Assembly (NCBI GenBank): GCA_963813025.1
Contig: CAWEXO010000004.1
Span: 1-64,000 of the forward strand
Source: an uncultured Verrucomicrobiae bacterium
Lineage (GTDB): Bacteria > Verrucomicrobiota > Verrucomicrobiia > Chthoniobacterales > JAFAMB01
DNA: 64,000 bases
Direction of reading: 5' to 3'
How positions within the stretch are numbered: the stretch's first letter is position 1; each line of letters opens with the position of its first letter. The notes beneath the pieces are model-generated. The model was not told the DNA's origin. It did no database searches and was given only the letters and a program-made list of their open reading frames with translations. This document shows, in pieces, positions 19,504-30,128 of the stretch. The position numbers and the translations under genes were made by a program.

Positions 19504-20394
19504 CTAACTTTTTTCCAGGCGGGCAACGACCCGGATGCCGACAGGGTAGGAAACAAACGCTCCGAGCAACCGCTCAAAACCGAATACTGCAGACAGAATC
19601 TGGAAATTTTTGGTCGTTCGGATCTGTTTAGCGACCAAGAGTTTTTTCTCAGCCAGGCTCAACCCCGTTCCCAGTGTTTGATTCCGCCTTTTCACTTGCT
19701 TGAAGATCGGGTAGAGAAAAAAACCGAGATGAGTGGCCTTGCGAATCGTGAACCCCGCCTGCCGGACTATCGTTACGAGATCCTCAAGCTGATATCTGCG
19801 AAAATGTAAAAGTACCTGGTCGTACAGATCGAAGCTGGCCGGATCAGCCGGCACTTCGATGTGAGCGATTCCGCGAGGCTTTAGAATACGAAAGATCTCC
19901 GCCAGAGCCTTGCGATCGTCGGCTATATGCTCGAGCACATTGAGTGCGGTCACGCCGTCGATACAGGCTTCTGGTAGGGGACACTCGCGTAAATCAAACT
20001 GGAGGAATGGGTTACTCGGCAGGCGCGTCGCCGCCTTTAACACAAGTTCCTGGAGGTTGTCCGCTCCGATAACCTCCGCCTCAGGTATGCATCGCATCAG
20101 ATCTTCTACGAGAAAACCACTTGAACACCCTACATCCAGGATGGTCGGCCGCAGCCGACCGTTAAGGAGTTTCATCGATTCGACTGCCATCGCCCGCGAG
20201 GCCAAGTCGATCGGATGCGACGATGCCGCTTCCCTCTCGTGCATTTCGGTCAATTCCGGACTCCAAGCACTGTCGCTTTGCGTAAACGACAGGATTTTGA
20301 GCCGGTTTGAGCCAACCTCAAAATGGGTGCCGCGCCAGATCGGTATCTCTTTGCCGTCACCGACAGCCGGCCACGGAAAATCCTCAAATTGCAC
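19504..20394 (-). CDS. Class I SAM-dependent methyltransferase
   Basis: ILDVGCSSG, LNVLEHI and RILKPRG motifs; GTG start inferred. Confidence 0.85.
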   Translation of the reverse strand: MQFEDFPWPAVGDGKEIPIWRGTHFEVGSNRLKILSFTQSDSAWSPELTEMHEREAASSHPIDLASRAMAVESMKLLNGRLRPTILDVGCSSGFLVEDLMRCIPEAEVIGADNLQELVLKAATRLPSNPFLQFDLRECPLPEACIDGVTALNVLEHIADDRKALAEIFRILKPRGIAHIEVPADPASFDLYDQVLLHFRRYQLEDLVTIVRQAGFTIRKATHLGFFLYPIFKQVKRRNQTLGTGLSLAEKKLLVAKQIRTTKNFQILSAVFGFERLLGAFVSYPVGIRVVARLEKS

Positions 20395-21118
20395 GGTCGG
20401 CAAGAGGTACGGTTTGCGGCTTTTGATACACGAATTTCCCGATTCGAATTGGCGATACCCATCCCGGCACTTCAAAGCCGAGGGTCATAATGTTGCCAAC
20501 CTTCGGTATCCACGCCATTTCCACCTGCTTGAAACCAGCCTCGAGAGCCGCTCGTTGAATCTCACGAAAGTAGTACTGAAAAGTGGGGGGGTGCTTTAAC
20601 GGCCAAATCTTTAGAAGAAAGGGATAAAGCGGCTTGTAAATTGAGGCAAACCAGGCAGGTACGGTACTCTCGATAAGCACCAATTTTCCTTCGACCTGCA
20701 ATGCCTGAAAAATAATTGCCAGAATGCGGTGCAAATTGCGATAGCATTGCGCAACGTTATCCCCAACCACGTGATGCAAGCAGTTAATTGCGATGATCGT
20801 GTCGAACCGTTCCCGGTCAGTGAGGTTGAGAATGTTCATTGCCCGCCATAGCACTTTTGGATAACGTTGCTTAAAAGCTGGCTCGATAAAGACATCGACA
20901 GCTTCAACGTGCGGAATGTGGTCGATCGGGAAAAGGAAAACACCGCCATTTCCGATATCAAGCAGGTGTTCTGCCCGTTCTACCTCGTGAGCTGCCGATT
21001 GGGCAATTAAGCGGTAAGTTTCCAGCCGGAGTTGGTTTGATTTGTACCAGTCATTCTCTGCAAAAAATTCAGCGTTTTTCTGCAGAGCTTCCCGGTTTTG
21101 ACCTGCCTCCGGCGTCAT
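20384..21118 (-). CDS. Class I SAM-dependent methyltransferase
   Basis: LLDIGNGG, FDTIIAINCLHH and GKLVLIE motifs. Confidence 0.8.
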   Translation of the reverse strand: MTPEAGQNREALQKNAEFFAENDWYKSNQLRLETYRLIAQSAAHEVERAEHLLDIGNGGVFLFPIDHIPHVEAVDVFIEPAFKQRYPKVLWRAMNILNLTDRERFDTIIAINCLHHVVGDNVAQCYRNLHRILAIIFQALQVEGKLVLIESTVPAWFASIYKPLYPFLLKIWPLKHPPTFQYYFREIQRAALEAGFKQVEMAWIPKVGNIMTLGFEVPGWVSPIRIGKFVYQKPQTVPLADRAI

Positions 21119-21237
21119 GATCTTAGCTGCCGCACTGTCGACTGTATTATCTCCTTTGCGTCTTTACTCCGATCGAGTCAAGCGCAGCCTGGTGCACTAG
21201 CTTGCACAGGAGCATGGTTGTTGGAAACTAGGGCGTC

Positions 21238-22257
21238 ATGTCCAGTGCGGGTTGTGTTCTGGTAACCGGGGCTGCGGGTGGAGTGGGGCGATCCATCTGT
21301 AAAACGCTGCTCCGCGAGGGATTCACGGTGCGCGCACTTATTCGACCGGAGGATGATTGCAAAGCCACTTGCTTGAATACTGACTCCATTTTTTTGGGGT
21401 CTGTTCAGGACCGCGCGTGCGTCAGCCGGGCAATCGATGGCGCAGACGCTGTTGTCCATTGCGCTGCCCTACTGCCGAACGCTCCGGGCGTAACGGCAGC
21501 AAAATACCTCGCCGTCAACTTTGGTGGAACAGAAACCGTGCTGAAAGCTGCTTTGCGTTATCAAATCAAGACTGCCGTATTTTTCTCAACGATCAGCGTT
21601 GTCGATCATAACAGCAGAAAAATAGATCGGAGCCGTCTTTGTGAATATGTGGCCGCTCCAGGCGACGCTTATCTCGCATCGAAGATCGCCGCGGAGCGAT
21701 GCGTGCTTGCAGCACGGGACGCTTTTCCGGGGCACTTGGCGGTAATTCGACCGGCCTTCGTTTACGGAGAGGGGGCGACCGGAGTTTGGCGCCGCCCGTT
21801 GCGTTTTGCATCCAGAGGACGAATGGTCCTGATCGGAGGTGGTCAGGTCGGTCTCCCACTCGCTTATGCCGACGACATTGCGGCTTACGTTGCGGCGTTG
21901 CTCCGGGCGCCTCGTTATGCCCCTCCATATGATATACACGTGTTCGCAAATCCCGAGCCGACAACGATCGCCGATGTTTTCAGGTTTATAGCCGATTACC
22001 TGGACGCACCGCATCCGCATTACGTTCCCTATTGGCCGTTTGCCGTGAGCAGCGTGATCTCTGAACTGATTCCGAAATCGCTAAAAATCGGCCAATTAGC
22101 CGCTCTGGCGGCAGCGAGGGTTCGCCAATACTCGATGGGTTACGATTTGTCCCAAGCGCTTGACCATCCCCTTCTGTCCCAAATCCGGATGACTAGTTAT
22201 CGAGTCGGCCTAAGCCGTATGCTGGACGAATACCAGACGCACCCTGAACGGTTTTGA
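21238..22257 (+). CDS. NAD-dependent epimerase/dehydratase
   Basis: VLVTGAAGGVG, YLASK, IRPAFVYG. Confidence 0.85.
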   Translation: MSSAGCVLVTGAAGGVGRSICKTLLREGFTVRALIRPEDDCKATCLNTDSIFLGSVQDRACVSRAIDGADAVVHCAALLPNAPGVTAAKYLAVNFGGTETVLKAALRYQIKTAVFFSTISVVDHNSRKIDRSRLCEYVAAPGDAYLASKIAAERCVLAARDAFPGHLAVIRPAFVYGEGATGVWRRPLRFASRGRMVLIGGGQVGLPLAYADDIAAYVAALLRAPRYAPPYDIHVFANPEPTTIADVFRFIADYLDAPHPHYVPYWPFAVSSVISELIPKSLKIGQLAALAAARVRQYSMGYDLSQALDHPLLSQIRMTSYRVGLSRMLDEYQTHPERF

Positions 22258-22261
22258 CGAC

Positions 22262-23239
22262 GTGAAATCACTGGTGATCGGCGCTTCGGGTCATTTGGGC
22301 GCACACCTCGTTCGGGAACTGGCGGCTGATGGCGAAGCTGTGCGAGTACTTGTTCGTCCTGCCACCGATTTAAGGGGGCTTGCATCCCTCGACGTTGAGA
22401 TTAAGCATGGCGACATCCGCGACCCGCAGTCCCTCGCGACGGCCGTGCAGGGGTGTCGTCAAGTTTATCATCTCGGGGCGCCAACCCGGATAGAACCGGG
22501 TCTTTTTCGAACCGTGGTGGCAGGGGCGCGATACGTACTCGAGAGCGCACGTGCCGCCGGCGTAGAGCGGCTCGTATACACTAGCTCCACTGTGACAGTC
22601 GGTTATTCGGCTAACCCGCAGCAGCTGCTCGACGAATCTTCCAACGACTTGACGCCGGCTTCCGACTATCACATTGCAAAGTGGCACGCGGAAAAACTCG
22701 TTCTTGCTTTTTGGGCCCAGACCGGATTGCCAATTGTGGTGGTGAACCCGTCGCATATAATCGGTCCGCTGGATTATCGCGGAACTGCCAGTACCGAACC
22801 GATCCGTCGCTGCGTTCAGGGTCGCGTGCTCTTCACGTTCCCCGGCGGCCTCACCCTTGTCCATGCTCAGGATGTTGCCCGAGGTCACATTCTGGCAATG
22901 CGCCGGGGTACTCCGGGCCAGCGATACATTCTGGGTGGCGAGCCGGTGCATATCGCAGAGTACGTGCAGATGGCTGCAGAAGCGTGCGGCCGGCCGTCGA
23001 CACGCCTTTGGCTTCCGCGGTGGGCCGTGATGGCCGCCGGTCTCGGGTTTAGTACGTTAGGGGCACTCACTAGAACCCACCCGCCATTGAGTTTCACTAG
23101 TGCTCGCCACACGGTGGGCCGTTTTGCCTGGTATAGCAGCGCAAAGGCTGAAAGCGAACTTTCGTACTCTTGGCGTCCTGCTCGCGTCGCTGTGTGCCAG
23201 ACAGTCGATTGGATGATGAAGGTCTTTGGCAAGCGCTGA
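22262..23239 (+). CDS. NAD-dependent epimerase (HpnA/dihydroflavonol reductase-like)
   Basis: GASGHLG, YHIAK, VNPSHIIGP, DVARGHILA, GQRYILGG. Confidence 0.85.
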   Translation: MKSLVIGASGHLGAHLVRELAADGEAVRVLVRPATDLRGLASLDVEIKHGDIRDPQSLATAVQGCRQVYHLGAPTRIEPGLFRTVVAGARYVLESARAAGVERLVYTSSTVTVGYSANPQQLLDESSNDLTPASDYHIAKWHAEKLVLAFWAQTGLPIVVVNPSHIIGPLDYRGTASTEPIRRCVQGRVLFTFPGGLTLVHAQDVARGHILAMRRGTPGQRYILGGEPVHIAEYVQMAAEACGRPSTRLWLPRWAVMAAGLGFSTLGALTRTHPPLSFTSARHTVGRFAWYSSAKAESELSYSWRPARVAVCQTVDWMMKVFGKR

Positions 23240-23282
23240 TTTGATTTGGTTTGCTTGGCACCTGGTGCACTAGCACCTTCAA

Positions 23283-24347
23283 ATGATAATGAATGGCGAG
23301 TTTGAGAACACGACATCTGAACGTGAACAGCCTGGACGGATTCTCTCGAACGAAATACGGAGTGCTAATGACAGCGAACCTTCCCAGGCAAATAGTAGAG
23401 CCCTGATCCTGCTGTCGGTCATCGTTCCAGTCTATAAAGAGGCGGATAACATTGAAGAATTTTTGAGACGCATACTTCCAGTACTGGAAAGCATCACCAA
23501 TGCATTCGAGATCATTTTCGCGATGGATCCCTCGCCCGATCGAACGGAAGAGAAGATTCTGGCGGCTCGGATCAATGATTGCCGGGTCAAGCTGCTCAAA
23601 TTCTCGCGAAGATTTGGTCAGCCCTTTTCGACTTTAGCAGGCTTACAATATTCCTCTGGAAGAGCGGTCATCGTAATCGACGTAGACCTGCAGGATCCGC
23701 CCGAGTTGATTACGACGATGGTCGAAAAGTGGCGTGAAGGATATGATGTGGTGTATGCGCAGCGACGCCGGCGTGAAGGAGAAACTTGGATTAAAAGGGC
23801 TGTTTCCGAAATCGGGTACAAGGTCATCAATCGAATTGCCGACGTCGAGATTCCAAAGAACACGGGTGATTTTCGGCTAATGAGCAGGCGAGTGGTTAAT
23901 GAGATCAACCGCTTGAAAGAATGTCACGGATTTTTGCGGGGGATGGTGGCGTTGGTGGGATTCCGGCAAACCTCGATTCTTTTTGACCGACCTCCCAGAT
24001 TTTCCGGTAGAGGCAACTACAACCGGTTCTTTGGTTCTCTCCGTATAGGATTCAACGGTATTTTCTGCTTTTCCAACTATGCCCTAACTCTCAGCACTTC
24101 GGCAGGATTTGTTGTCGCACTGACGGCGTTCAGCCTTGGTATCTTGTACGCCGCTCTCAGAATCTTCGGATTCCCGTTTCCGTTGGGAAATCCTACTATC
24201 GTTATTCTCGTACTGTTTTTGGGAGGGATTCAGTTGATCAGCATAGGCATTTTGGGAGAATACATCGGGCGAATATACGAAGAGGTACGGCAGCGGCCCA
24301 GGTATATTGTCGAACGCGCAGAGGGCCTGAGGCGGGGTCCTGAATAG
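23283..24347 (+). CDS. GT2 polyisoprenyl-phosphate glycosyltransferase (GtrB-like)
   Basis: SVIVPVYKE, SRRFGQ, DVDLQDPPELI, GDFRLMSRRV, two C-terminal TM helices and GEYIGRIYEE. Confidence 0.9.
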   Translation: MIMNGEFENTTSEREQPGRILSNEIRSANDSEPSQANSRALILLSVIVPVYKEADNIEEFLRRILPVLESITNAFEIIFAMDPSPDRTEEKILAARINDCRVKLLKFSRRFGQPFSTLAGLQYSSGRAVIVIDVDLQDPPELITTMVEKWREGYDVVYAQRRRREGETWIKRAVSEIGYKVINRIADVEIPKNTGDFRLMSRRVVNEINRLKECHGFLRGMVALVGFRQTSILFDRPPRFSGRGNYNRFFGSLRIGFNGIFCFSNYALTLSTSAGFVVALTAFSLGILYAALRIFGFPFPLGNPTIVILVLFLGGIQLISIGILGEYIGRIYEEVRQRPRYIVERAEGLRRGPE

Positions 24348-24728
24348 GTCGATCTCGCGATCTTGGCCATCTTCTGCTCGATTTCTTCGGTCTTCTCGTT
24401 CCCCTGTCGATTCTCAGAGAGTGTTTTTAACAGAAGGCCACAGCGCGGCGTAGCCGCAACCAAGCGGTCGCGCAAAGTCCGGTGACAGGCTGGAAGGGTG
24501 TTGGATCAATCTGGATCCGGACGAGCTGGAGCTCGTCCCTACCGCCAATCGCTTGATGGCGCGCTACGAATTACCCCAAAGTCCGACGCTCCCTGGAAGC
24601 CTGTGCCACATTTCCACCGTTACACCGGCATTTTCGGTCTGTCGGACTCTGGAAATCTGTAGGACGCCATCAAGCATCTGGTCGCGCCAGCGCTAGGATC
24701 GTCTCAGAATGCCGCACTGTCCTGCGCC

Positions 24729-24812
24729 GGTAGGACGAAAATTTATTTGAGCCGGACGCTTAGGTGAGCCACCCGCTCCAGATGGCTCCGCCTTCGCCAA
24801 GGCTATGGCGGA
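24729..24812. repeat. Family A repeat, degenerate
   Basis: GGTAGGACGAAAATTTATTTGAGCCGGACGC...; outer arm from about 24636. Confidence 0.75.
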
Positions 24813-25028
24813 CTGATGTTTATTAATAGCGCGGCTCTGCGGAGAATCTTCTTTGTGACCTTGGCGATCTTCTGTTCAATTTCTTTGGTGTTCTCGTTGC
24901 AGAACGACGATGAGCACTTGCACGATTTTGGTTGCGGCTAACCGCGTTATGATTATTCGTTTGTCTTTCGAAGCAAACTTTAGCAGCACGCTGCCCGTTG
25001 CCATTGTTCCCGCTTCCAAGGAGTGCTG

Positions 25029-26003
25029 ATGCAAAGGGCCTTCGTAACAGGCGCTGCAGGATTTATAGGTAGCAGCCTCTGTGACCGTCTATTACAAGAG
25101 GATTGGGAAGTTACCGGCTGGGATAATTTCTCCACGGGTCAGCCGAACTTCCTTGAGAAGGCGGCCAAGGCGGCTCGCTTTCGGTTGATAGAAGGTGATA
25201 ACCTGGATTTGTCAGCGTTGACCAAGGCCATGGGCGGCTGCGATCTCGTGTTTCATTTGGCGGCGAACGCTGACGTCCGGCTGGGCCTGGAACATCCGGC
25301 GAAAGACCTCGAACAAAACACGATCGCCACGTTCAACGTCCTTTCAGCGATGCTAACTAACCAAATTGATCGGATTGCTTTTTCTTCCACTGGATCTGTC
25401 TATGGCGAGGCTGAAATAATTCCTACGCCAGAAGACGCGCCTTTCCCGGTGCAGACTTCGCTTTACGGCGCTTCGAAAATTGCCGGCGAGGCTTTGATTC
25501 AGGCGTACTGCGAGGGGTTCGGGATGGAAAGCTACATCTTCCGTTTCGTGTCGATCCTGGGGGAACGGTACACCCATGGACATGTCTTCGATTTTCTAGG
25601 ACAATTGAGGAACGATCCGGGGCATTTGCGGGCGCTCGGTAACGGCAGGCAGCGAAAATCTTATTTGTACGTGCAGGATTGTATCACTGCGATGTTGCAT
25701 GTGATCGGGCAAAAAAGCGCTCAAACTGCAAAGCATCGGTGCGCGATTTATAACTTGGGCGTTGATGAGTATTGCACAGTTAAAGAGTCGATCGGCTGGA
25801 TCTGTGCTCGGCTGGGAGTCAAACCCGAAATTGAGTACACCGGCGGCGAAAGAGGCTGGGCGGGCGATAATCCGTTTATATTCCTTGATACAAAGAAAAT
25901 CCGAACAAGTGGCTGGCAGCCGACGCTGAACATCCGCGCGGCGATCGAACGAACGGTCGATTGGCTCACCCAAAATCCCTGGGTGTTTACCGAACGCGCA
26001 TGA
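25029..26003 (+). CDS. NAD-dependent nucleotide-sugar epimerase
   Basis: VTGAAGFIGS, HLAANADVR, FSSTGSVYG, YGASK. Confidence 0.9.
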   Translation: MQRAFVTGAAGFIGSSLCDRLLQEDWEVTGWDNFSTGQPNFLEKAAKAARFRLIEGDNLDLSALTKAMGGCDLVFHLAANADVRLGLEHPAKDLEQNTIATFNVLSAMLTNQIDRIAFSSTGSVYGEAEIIPTPEDAPFPVQTSLYGASKIAGEALIQAYCEGFGMESYIFRFVSILGERYTHGHVFDFLGQLRNDPGHLRALGNGRQRKSYLYVQDCITAMLHVIGQKSAQTAKHRCAIYNLGVDEYCTVKESIGWICARLGVKPEIEYTGGERGWAGDNPFIFLDTKKIRTSGWQPTLNIRAAIERTVDWLTQNPWVFTERA

Positions 26004-27265
26004 AGATTGTTGTCCTCGGTCTCTGGCACCTGGGCTGCGTGACAGCAGCGTGTGTCGCAAAATTCTATCGGGTGACTGGGCTGGACTTCTCAAAGGACAC
26101 CGTGGAACAACTTGCCGTTGCCCGGCCGCCAGTTTCTGAGCCCGGTTTGGTTGAATTAGTACAAAAGGGCCTGGCCAGCGGTCAACTCGAGTTCACGATC
26201 GATCCGGCGAGAACTTGCCAGGAAGCAGACTTGCTTTGGGTCTGTTATGATACGCCCGTCGATGACGATGATGTTGCCGATCCACGTCCGGTTATTGAAG
26301 GTATTCAGCGATGTCTTCCTTTCCTCGCGCCGGGCACGTTGATTCTCGTTTCATCCCAGGTGCCCGTTGGAACCTGCCGCAAGCTTGAGAAGCTGGCCCC
26401 GCGGCATCGGTTTGCCTATTCTCCTGAAAACCTGCGCCTCGGAAAGGCAATCGACATCTTTCAGAACCAGGATCGAATTGTTGTTGGCGTTTGCTCCGAA
26501 GCGGATGCGGTAGAGTTGATTCCCGTACTGCAAAATTTTTCACCAGAAATCTTGGTTGTCCGAACCGAATCGGCTGAAATGATCAAGCACGCGATCAATT
26601 CCTTTCTGGCGCTTTCCGTCAGCTTCATGAACGAGATCGCCCGGCTCTGTGAAGCGGTCGGAGCAGACGCCAAGGAAGTCGAAAAAGGGCTCAAAACCGA
26701 GAGCCGGATCGGACCGCGCGCTTATCTTGCCCCGGGCGGGCCGTTTGCGGGGGGAACACTCGCGCGGGATGTGGTGGCTCTGGCGAATCTTGGAAGAGAA
26801 AAAAACGAGAACCTCGTTCTCATTCCGGCGATTAAGCGGAGCAACGATGAGCACAAGAACTGGACGGAGCGACGCCTGGAAGAGGAACTAGGCCCGCTCG
26901 CCGGCAAACAAATCGCTGTGCTGGGACTCACTTACAAGCCGGATACAGATACGTTACGGCGAAGTTTCGCCGTCGAAATCTGCCGGAGGATTGCTCGTGC
27001 CGGCGCAGTTGTGCGAGTTTTTGACCCGGCCGTGAAGCTTTTGCCGCAAGACTTTGCCGGAGTTATTTTAACCGGGAGTCTCGCCGAAGCAGTGGACGGC
27101 GCCGACGGTGTGGTGGTCTGCACGGAATGGCCAGAGTTCCTTTCGGTAGACTGGGATCGTCTACTGCGGCCGGGAACTGTGGTGGTTGACGCGAATGGAT
27201 TTCTCGCGTGCACTCTGGCAAATAGTCCTGGGCTGATTTACCGCCGCGTCGGACAGAAGATATGA
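26000..27265 (+). CDS. UDP-glucose/GDP-mannose dehydrogenase-family protein
   Basis: GLWHLG, PENLRLG, AEMIKHAINSFLA, LGLTYKPDTD; the catalytic Cys position reads GGTLARD. Confidence 0.85.
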   Translation: MKIVVLGLWHLGCVTAACVAKFYRVTGLDFSKDTVEQLAVARPPVSEPGLVELVQKGLASGQLEFTIDPARTCQEADLLWVCYDTPVDDDDVADPRPVIEGIQRCLPFLAPGTLILVSSQVPVGTCRKLEKLAPRHRFAYSPENLRLGKAIDIFQNQDRIVVGVCSEADAVELIPVLQNFSPEILVVRTESAEMIKHAINSFLALSVSFMNEIARLCEAVGADAKEVEKGLKTESRIGPRAYLAPGGPFAGGTLARDVVALANLGREKNENLVLIPAIKRSNDEHKNWTERRLEEELGPLAGKQIAVLGLTYKPDTDTLRRSFAVEICRRIARAGAVVRVFDPAVKLLPQDFAGVILTGSLAEAVDGADGVVVCTEWPEFLSVDWDRLLRPGTVVVDANGFLACTLANSPGLIYRRVGQKI

Positions 27266-28122
27266 GACTCAGCAATCTGGTGACCCTGGTGACTGGAGGA
27301 AGCCAAGGCTTGGGAAAAGCAACTGCCAAGGCGTTTCTGGACGAGGGTGCGCATGTTGCCATTTGCGGACGCGATCGCGCGTTACTGGACGCGGCGAAAG
27401 CCGAGCTGAATGGTGGCGCCGACTCAGGCCGAGAAATCCTCGCCGTGTCCTGTGACGTCTCCGATGATAAAGCAGTTTCTGCCTTATTCAGCGAGATTGA
27501 ACAACATTTCGGGTCCGTTGATGTGCTGGTGAACAATGCGGGCGTCTATGGTCCCATGGGACCGAGCGAGGAAGTACCGCTGGAGAGCTGGAAGCGTGCA
27601 ATCGAGATCAACCTTCTGGGAACGTTTGTGCCGATCCGCCATGCAGTCCGGCAGATGAAAGCTAAAGGCCATGGAAAAATTATTAACCTTTCGGGCGGCG
27701 GCGCGACGAGTCCGTTGCCGAGGTTTAGTGCCTACGCCGCGTCCAAAGCAGCCGTGGTCCGGCTCACTGAAACCTTGGCCGAAGAACTTCGGCCTCACTC
27801 GATCGATGTGAACGCGATTGCTCCCGGCCCTCTGAATACGAGACTGCTTGGTGAGGTGCTGGCAGCTGGTCCGGAGGTTGTCGGAGGCGAGTTCTATGAG
27901 AAAGCTTTGAAACAACAAAGTTCAGGAGGGGCGCCGTTAGAAAAAGCGGCAGACCTTTGCGTCTATCTCGCGTCATCGCTAAGCGATGGAATTACCGGGA
28001 AATTGATCAGTGCGCTCTGGGATCCGTGGCCAAAACTGCACGAGTTGCGGACCCAGCTCAATAACTCCGACATTTACGCCTTGCGCCGAATCACCCCAAA
28101 AGATCGCGGGTTGAAGTGGTAA
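27262..28122 (+). CDS. SDR oxidoreductase
   Basis: TGGSQGLG, NNAG, YAASK. Confidence 0.9.
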   Translation: MRLSNLVTLVTGGSQGLGKATAKAFLDEGAHVAICGRDRALLDAAKAELNGGADSGREILAVSCDVSDDKAVSALFSEIEQHFGSVDVLVNNAGVYGPMGPSEEVPLESWKRAIEINLLGTFVPIRHAVRQMKAKGHGKIINLSGGGATSPLPRFSAYAASKAAVVRLTETLAEELRPHSIDVNAIAPGPLNTRLLGEVLAAGPEVVGGEFYEKALKQQSSGGAPLEKAADLCVYLASSLSDGITGKLISALWDPWPKLHELRTQLNNSDIYALRRITPKDRGLKW

Positions 28123-28126
28123 TAGT

Positions 28127-28427
28127 GGACGTGTCGGGCTTTGGGTAATCTGTGGTGCGCGCAATCGAGCTATGGTTCGGAGAGGAGGTTAGAGACTGCC
28201 CCACACCGTCTTTGGTCCTGCACCGGTAGGGCGAAAATTTATTTGAGCCGGACGCTGGTTCGAGCCATCCGTTCCAGACGGCTCCGCCTTCGCCAAGACT
28301 ATGGCGGACACGTCAAACAAGTTCTCGCTAAGGCTCAAATAAATTTTCGCCCTACCGCCACAGCACTAGCTCTCGCGCGATCAATCGCTTGGTGGCGTAC
28401 TACAGATTTCCAAAGTCCGACAGAAGC
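28127..28427. mobile_element. Full-length family A composite MITE (outer TIRs plus inner GTAG palindrome 28225-28356)
   Basis: Outer arms GTGTCGGGCTTTGGGTAATCTGT / ACAGATTTCCAAAGTCCGACAG enclose the inner repeat. Confidence 0.75.
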
Positions 28428-28618
28428 AATAGGGCCAGCGCTCGCGTCGGTGCCAGTGCCAGTGCCACCGACACATTTGAGGTAAAAGTGGAGAGCGAGA
28501 ACCGCACAACGCTGATGGTGATGAGCCAGCTGGTAATCACAACGACCGAGTATTGGAGCAGTTGAAGAAGGTAATCGCTGCGGCGGCAGCGAAAGACCCA
28601 GAATTTGTTCAGACAGAA

Positions 28619-29635
28619 ATGACAGGCGACTACCAGCAAGTTTTAGGATTTGCAATTGTCGGTTGCGGATTAATGGGCCGCAAACGCGCCGCGGCTTTGC
28701 CCTCCGGTACTCTGCGCTATGCCTGCGATGTTCAACCGGAACGAGCTCAGCAGCTCGTGCAAATGGTTGGCTCGGGGATCGCGACTGACGACTTTCCGGC
28801 GCTGCTGCGAGAGCAGAACGTCAATGTCATGATTGTGTCCGCGGCAAACGCCGCGCTGGCACCATTGACGTTGGCGGCCGTTCGAGCAGGCAAACATGTC
28901 CTGGTGGAAAAGCCGGGTGCCGTGGAGTCCCGGGACCTCGATGAGATCAAAGCCGCAGCGGTAAAGAGCGGATCACTCGTGCGGGTCGGGTACAATCACC
29001 GGTTTCATCCCGCTTTTTTGAAGGTTTTTGAGATCATGAAAAAAGAGAGCGGGGGAGAATTACTGTTTGTGCGCGGCCGTTACGGCCATGGCGGCCGGAT
29101 TGGTTATGACCGGGAATGGCGCGCCGATCCCCGGCTGAGTGGAGGCGGAGAGTTGATCGACCAGGGAGTGCACCTGATCGATCTGGCTGGAACCTTTTTG
29201 GGCAGCTTTACGGAAGTTCAGGGACATGCTGTCACCTACTTCTGGGATATGCCGGTGGATGATAATGCTTTCATCAGTCTCAGGAATGCGGCCGGCAAAA
29301 CCGCTTGGCTTCAGGTGAGCTGTACCGAGTGGAAGAATCTTTTTTCGTTCGAAATCTACACTCGCTCGGCCAAGTTTGAGATCAGCGGTCTGGGCGGAAG
29401 CTACGGGGTAGAGAAGCTTTACCATTATCGGATGCTTCCGGAGATGGGGCCGCCCGAGACGACGATTTACGAATTTCCCCGCGGCGACTCTTCCTGGCAA
29501 CTCGAGCTTGAGGCTTTTGTGGAAGATATCCGGTTGTCCCGCACCCCGGTGCCGGGAATCGCCGAAGCGAAAAGAACCCTTGAAGTGGTGGAAAAGATCT
29601 ATCGATCCAGCGGATACCGAACCGGTCAGTACTAA
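28619..29635 (+). CDS. Gfo/Idh/MocA-family oxidoreductase
   Basis: GCGLMG, HVLVEKP, GYNHRFHP, GGGELIDQGVH. Confidence 0.9.
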   Translation: MTGDYQQVLGFAIVGCGLMGRKRAAALPSGTLRYACDVQPERAQQLVQMVGSGIATDDFPALLREQNVNVMIVSAANAALAPLTLAAVRAGKHVLVEKPGAVESRDLDEIKAAAVKSGSLVRVGYNHRFHPAFLKVFEIMKKESGGELLFVRGRYGHGGRIGYDREWRADPRLSGGGELIDQGVHLIDLAGTFLGSFTEVQGHAVTYFWDMPVDDNAFISLRNAAGKTAWLQVSCTEWKNLFSFEIYTRSAKFEISGLGGSYGVEKLYHYRMLPEMGPPETTIYEFPRGDSSWQLELEAFVEDIRLSRTPVPGIAEAKRTLEVVEKIYRSSGYRTGQY

Positions 29636-29710
29636 GGCGAAAACTTGTTTGAGCCGTCTGGAGTGGGTGGCTCACCCCAGCGTCCGGCTCAAACAAGTTC
29701 TCGCTAAGCC
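29635..29710. repeat. Family A repeat, inner hairpin only
   Basis: ACTTGTTTGAGCCG...CGGCTCAAACAAGT immediately after a stop codon. Confidence 0.8.
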
Positions 29711-29957
29711 TGCGGTAGCAGTACCAAGCCGCCATCGCTGCTCACTTCCCCACCGTCGAAATTGCCTTCAATCTTTCTCCCTTTTAGTCCTGGCAATTCA
29801 AAATCGAACTCTCTACATTCTGTCATTAGCGAAGTTTCCTGTTGCTTTGTTTGTAAGCGATTCATTGCTAACAGGTTCTATAAAAAACTTCGCTACTTTT
29901 TTGCCTTCATGATGAAATATCCGGGCTAGAGATCGTCTCAGAATGCCGCACTGTCCT

Positions 29958-30064
29958 GGTAGGGCGAAAATTTATTTGAGCCGGACGCTTGGGTGAGCCA
30001 CCCGCTCCAGATGGCTCCGCTTTCGCCAAGGCTAATTGAGGCTCAAATAAATTTTCGCCCTACC
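29958..30064. repeat. Family A repeat
   Basis: Both terminal arms present. Confidence 0.9.
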
Positions 30065-30128
30065 GCCACAGGACCAAAGACGCCTTGGGACATCCTTCGA
30101 ACTTTCTTGCGCGCGCCAACGTCTGGAG

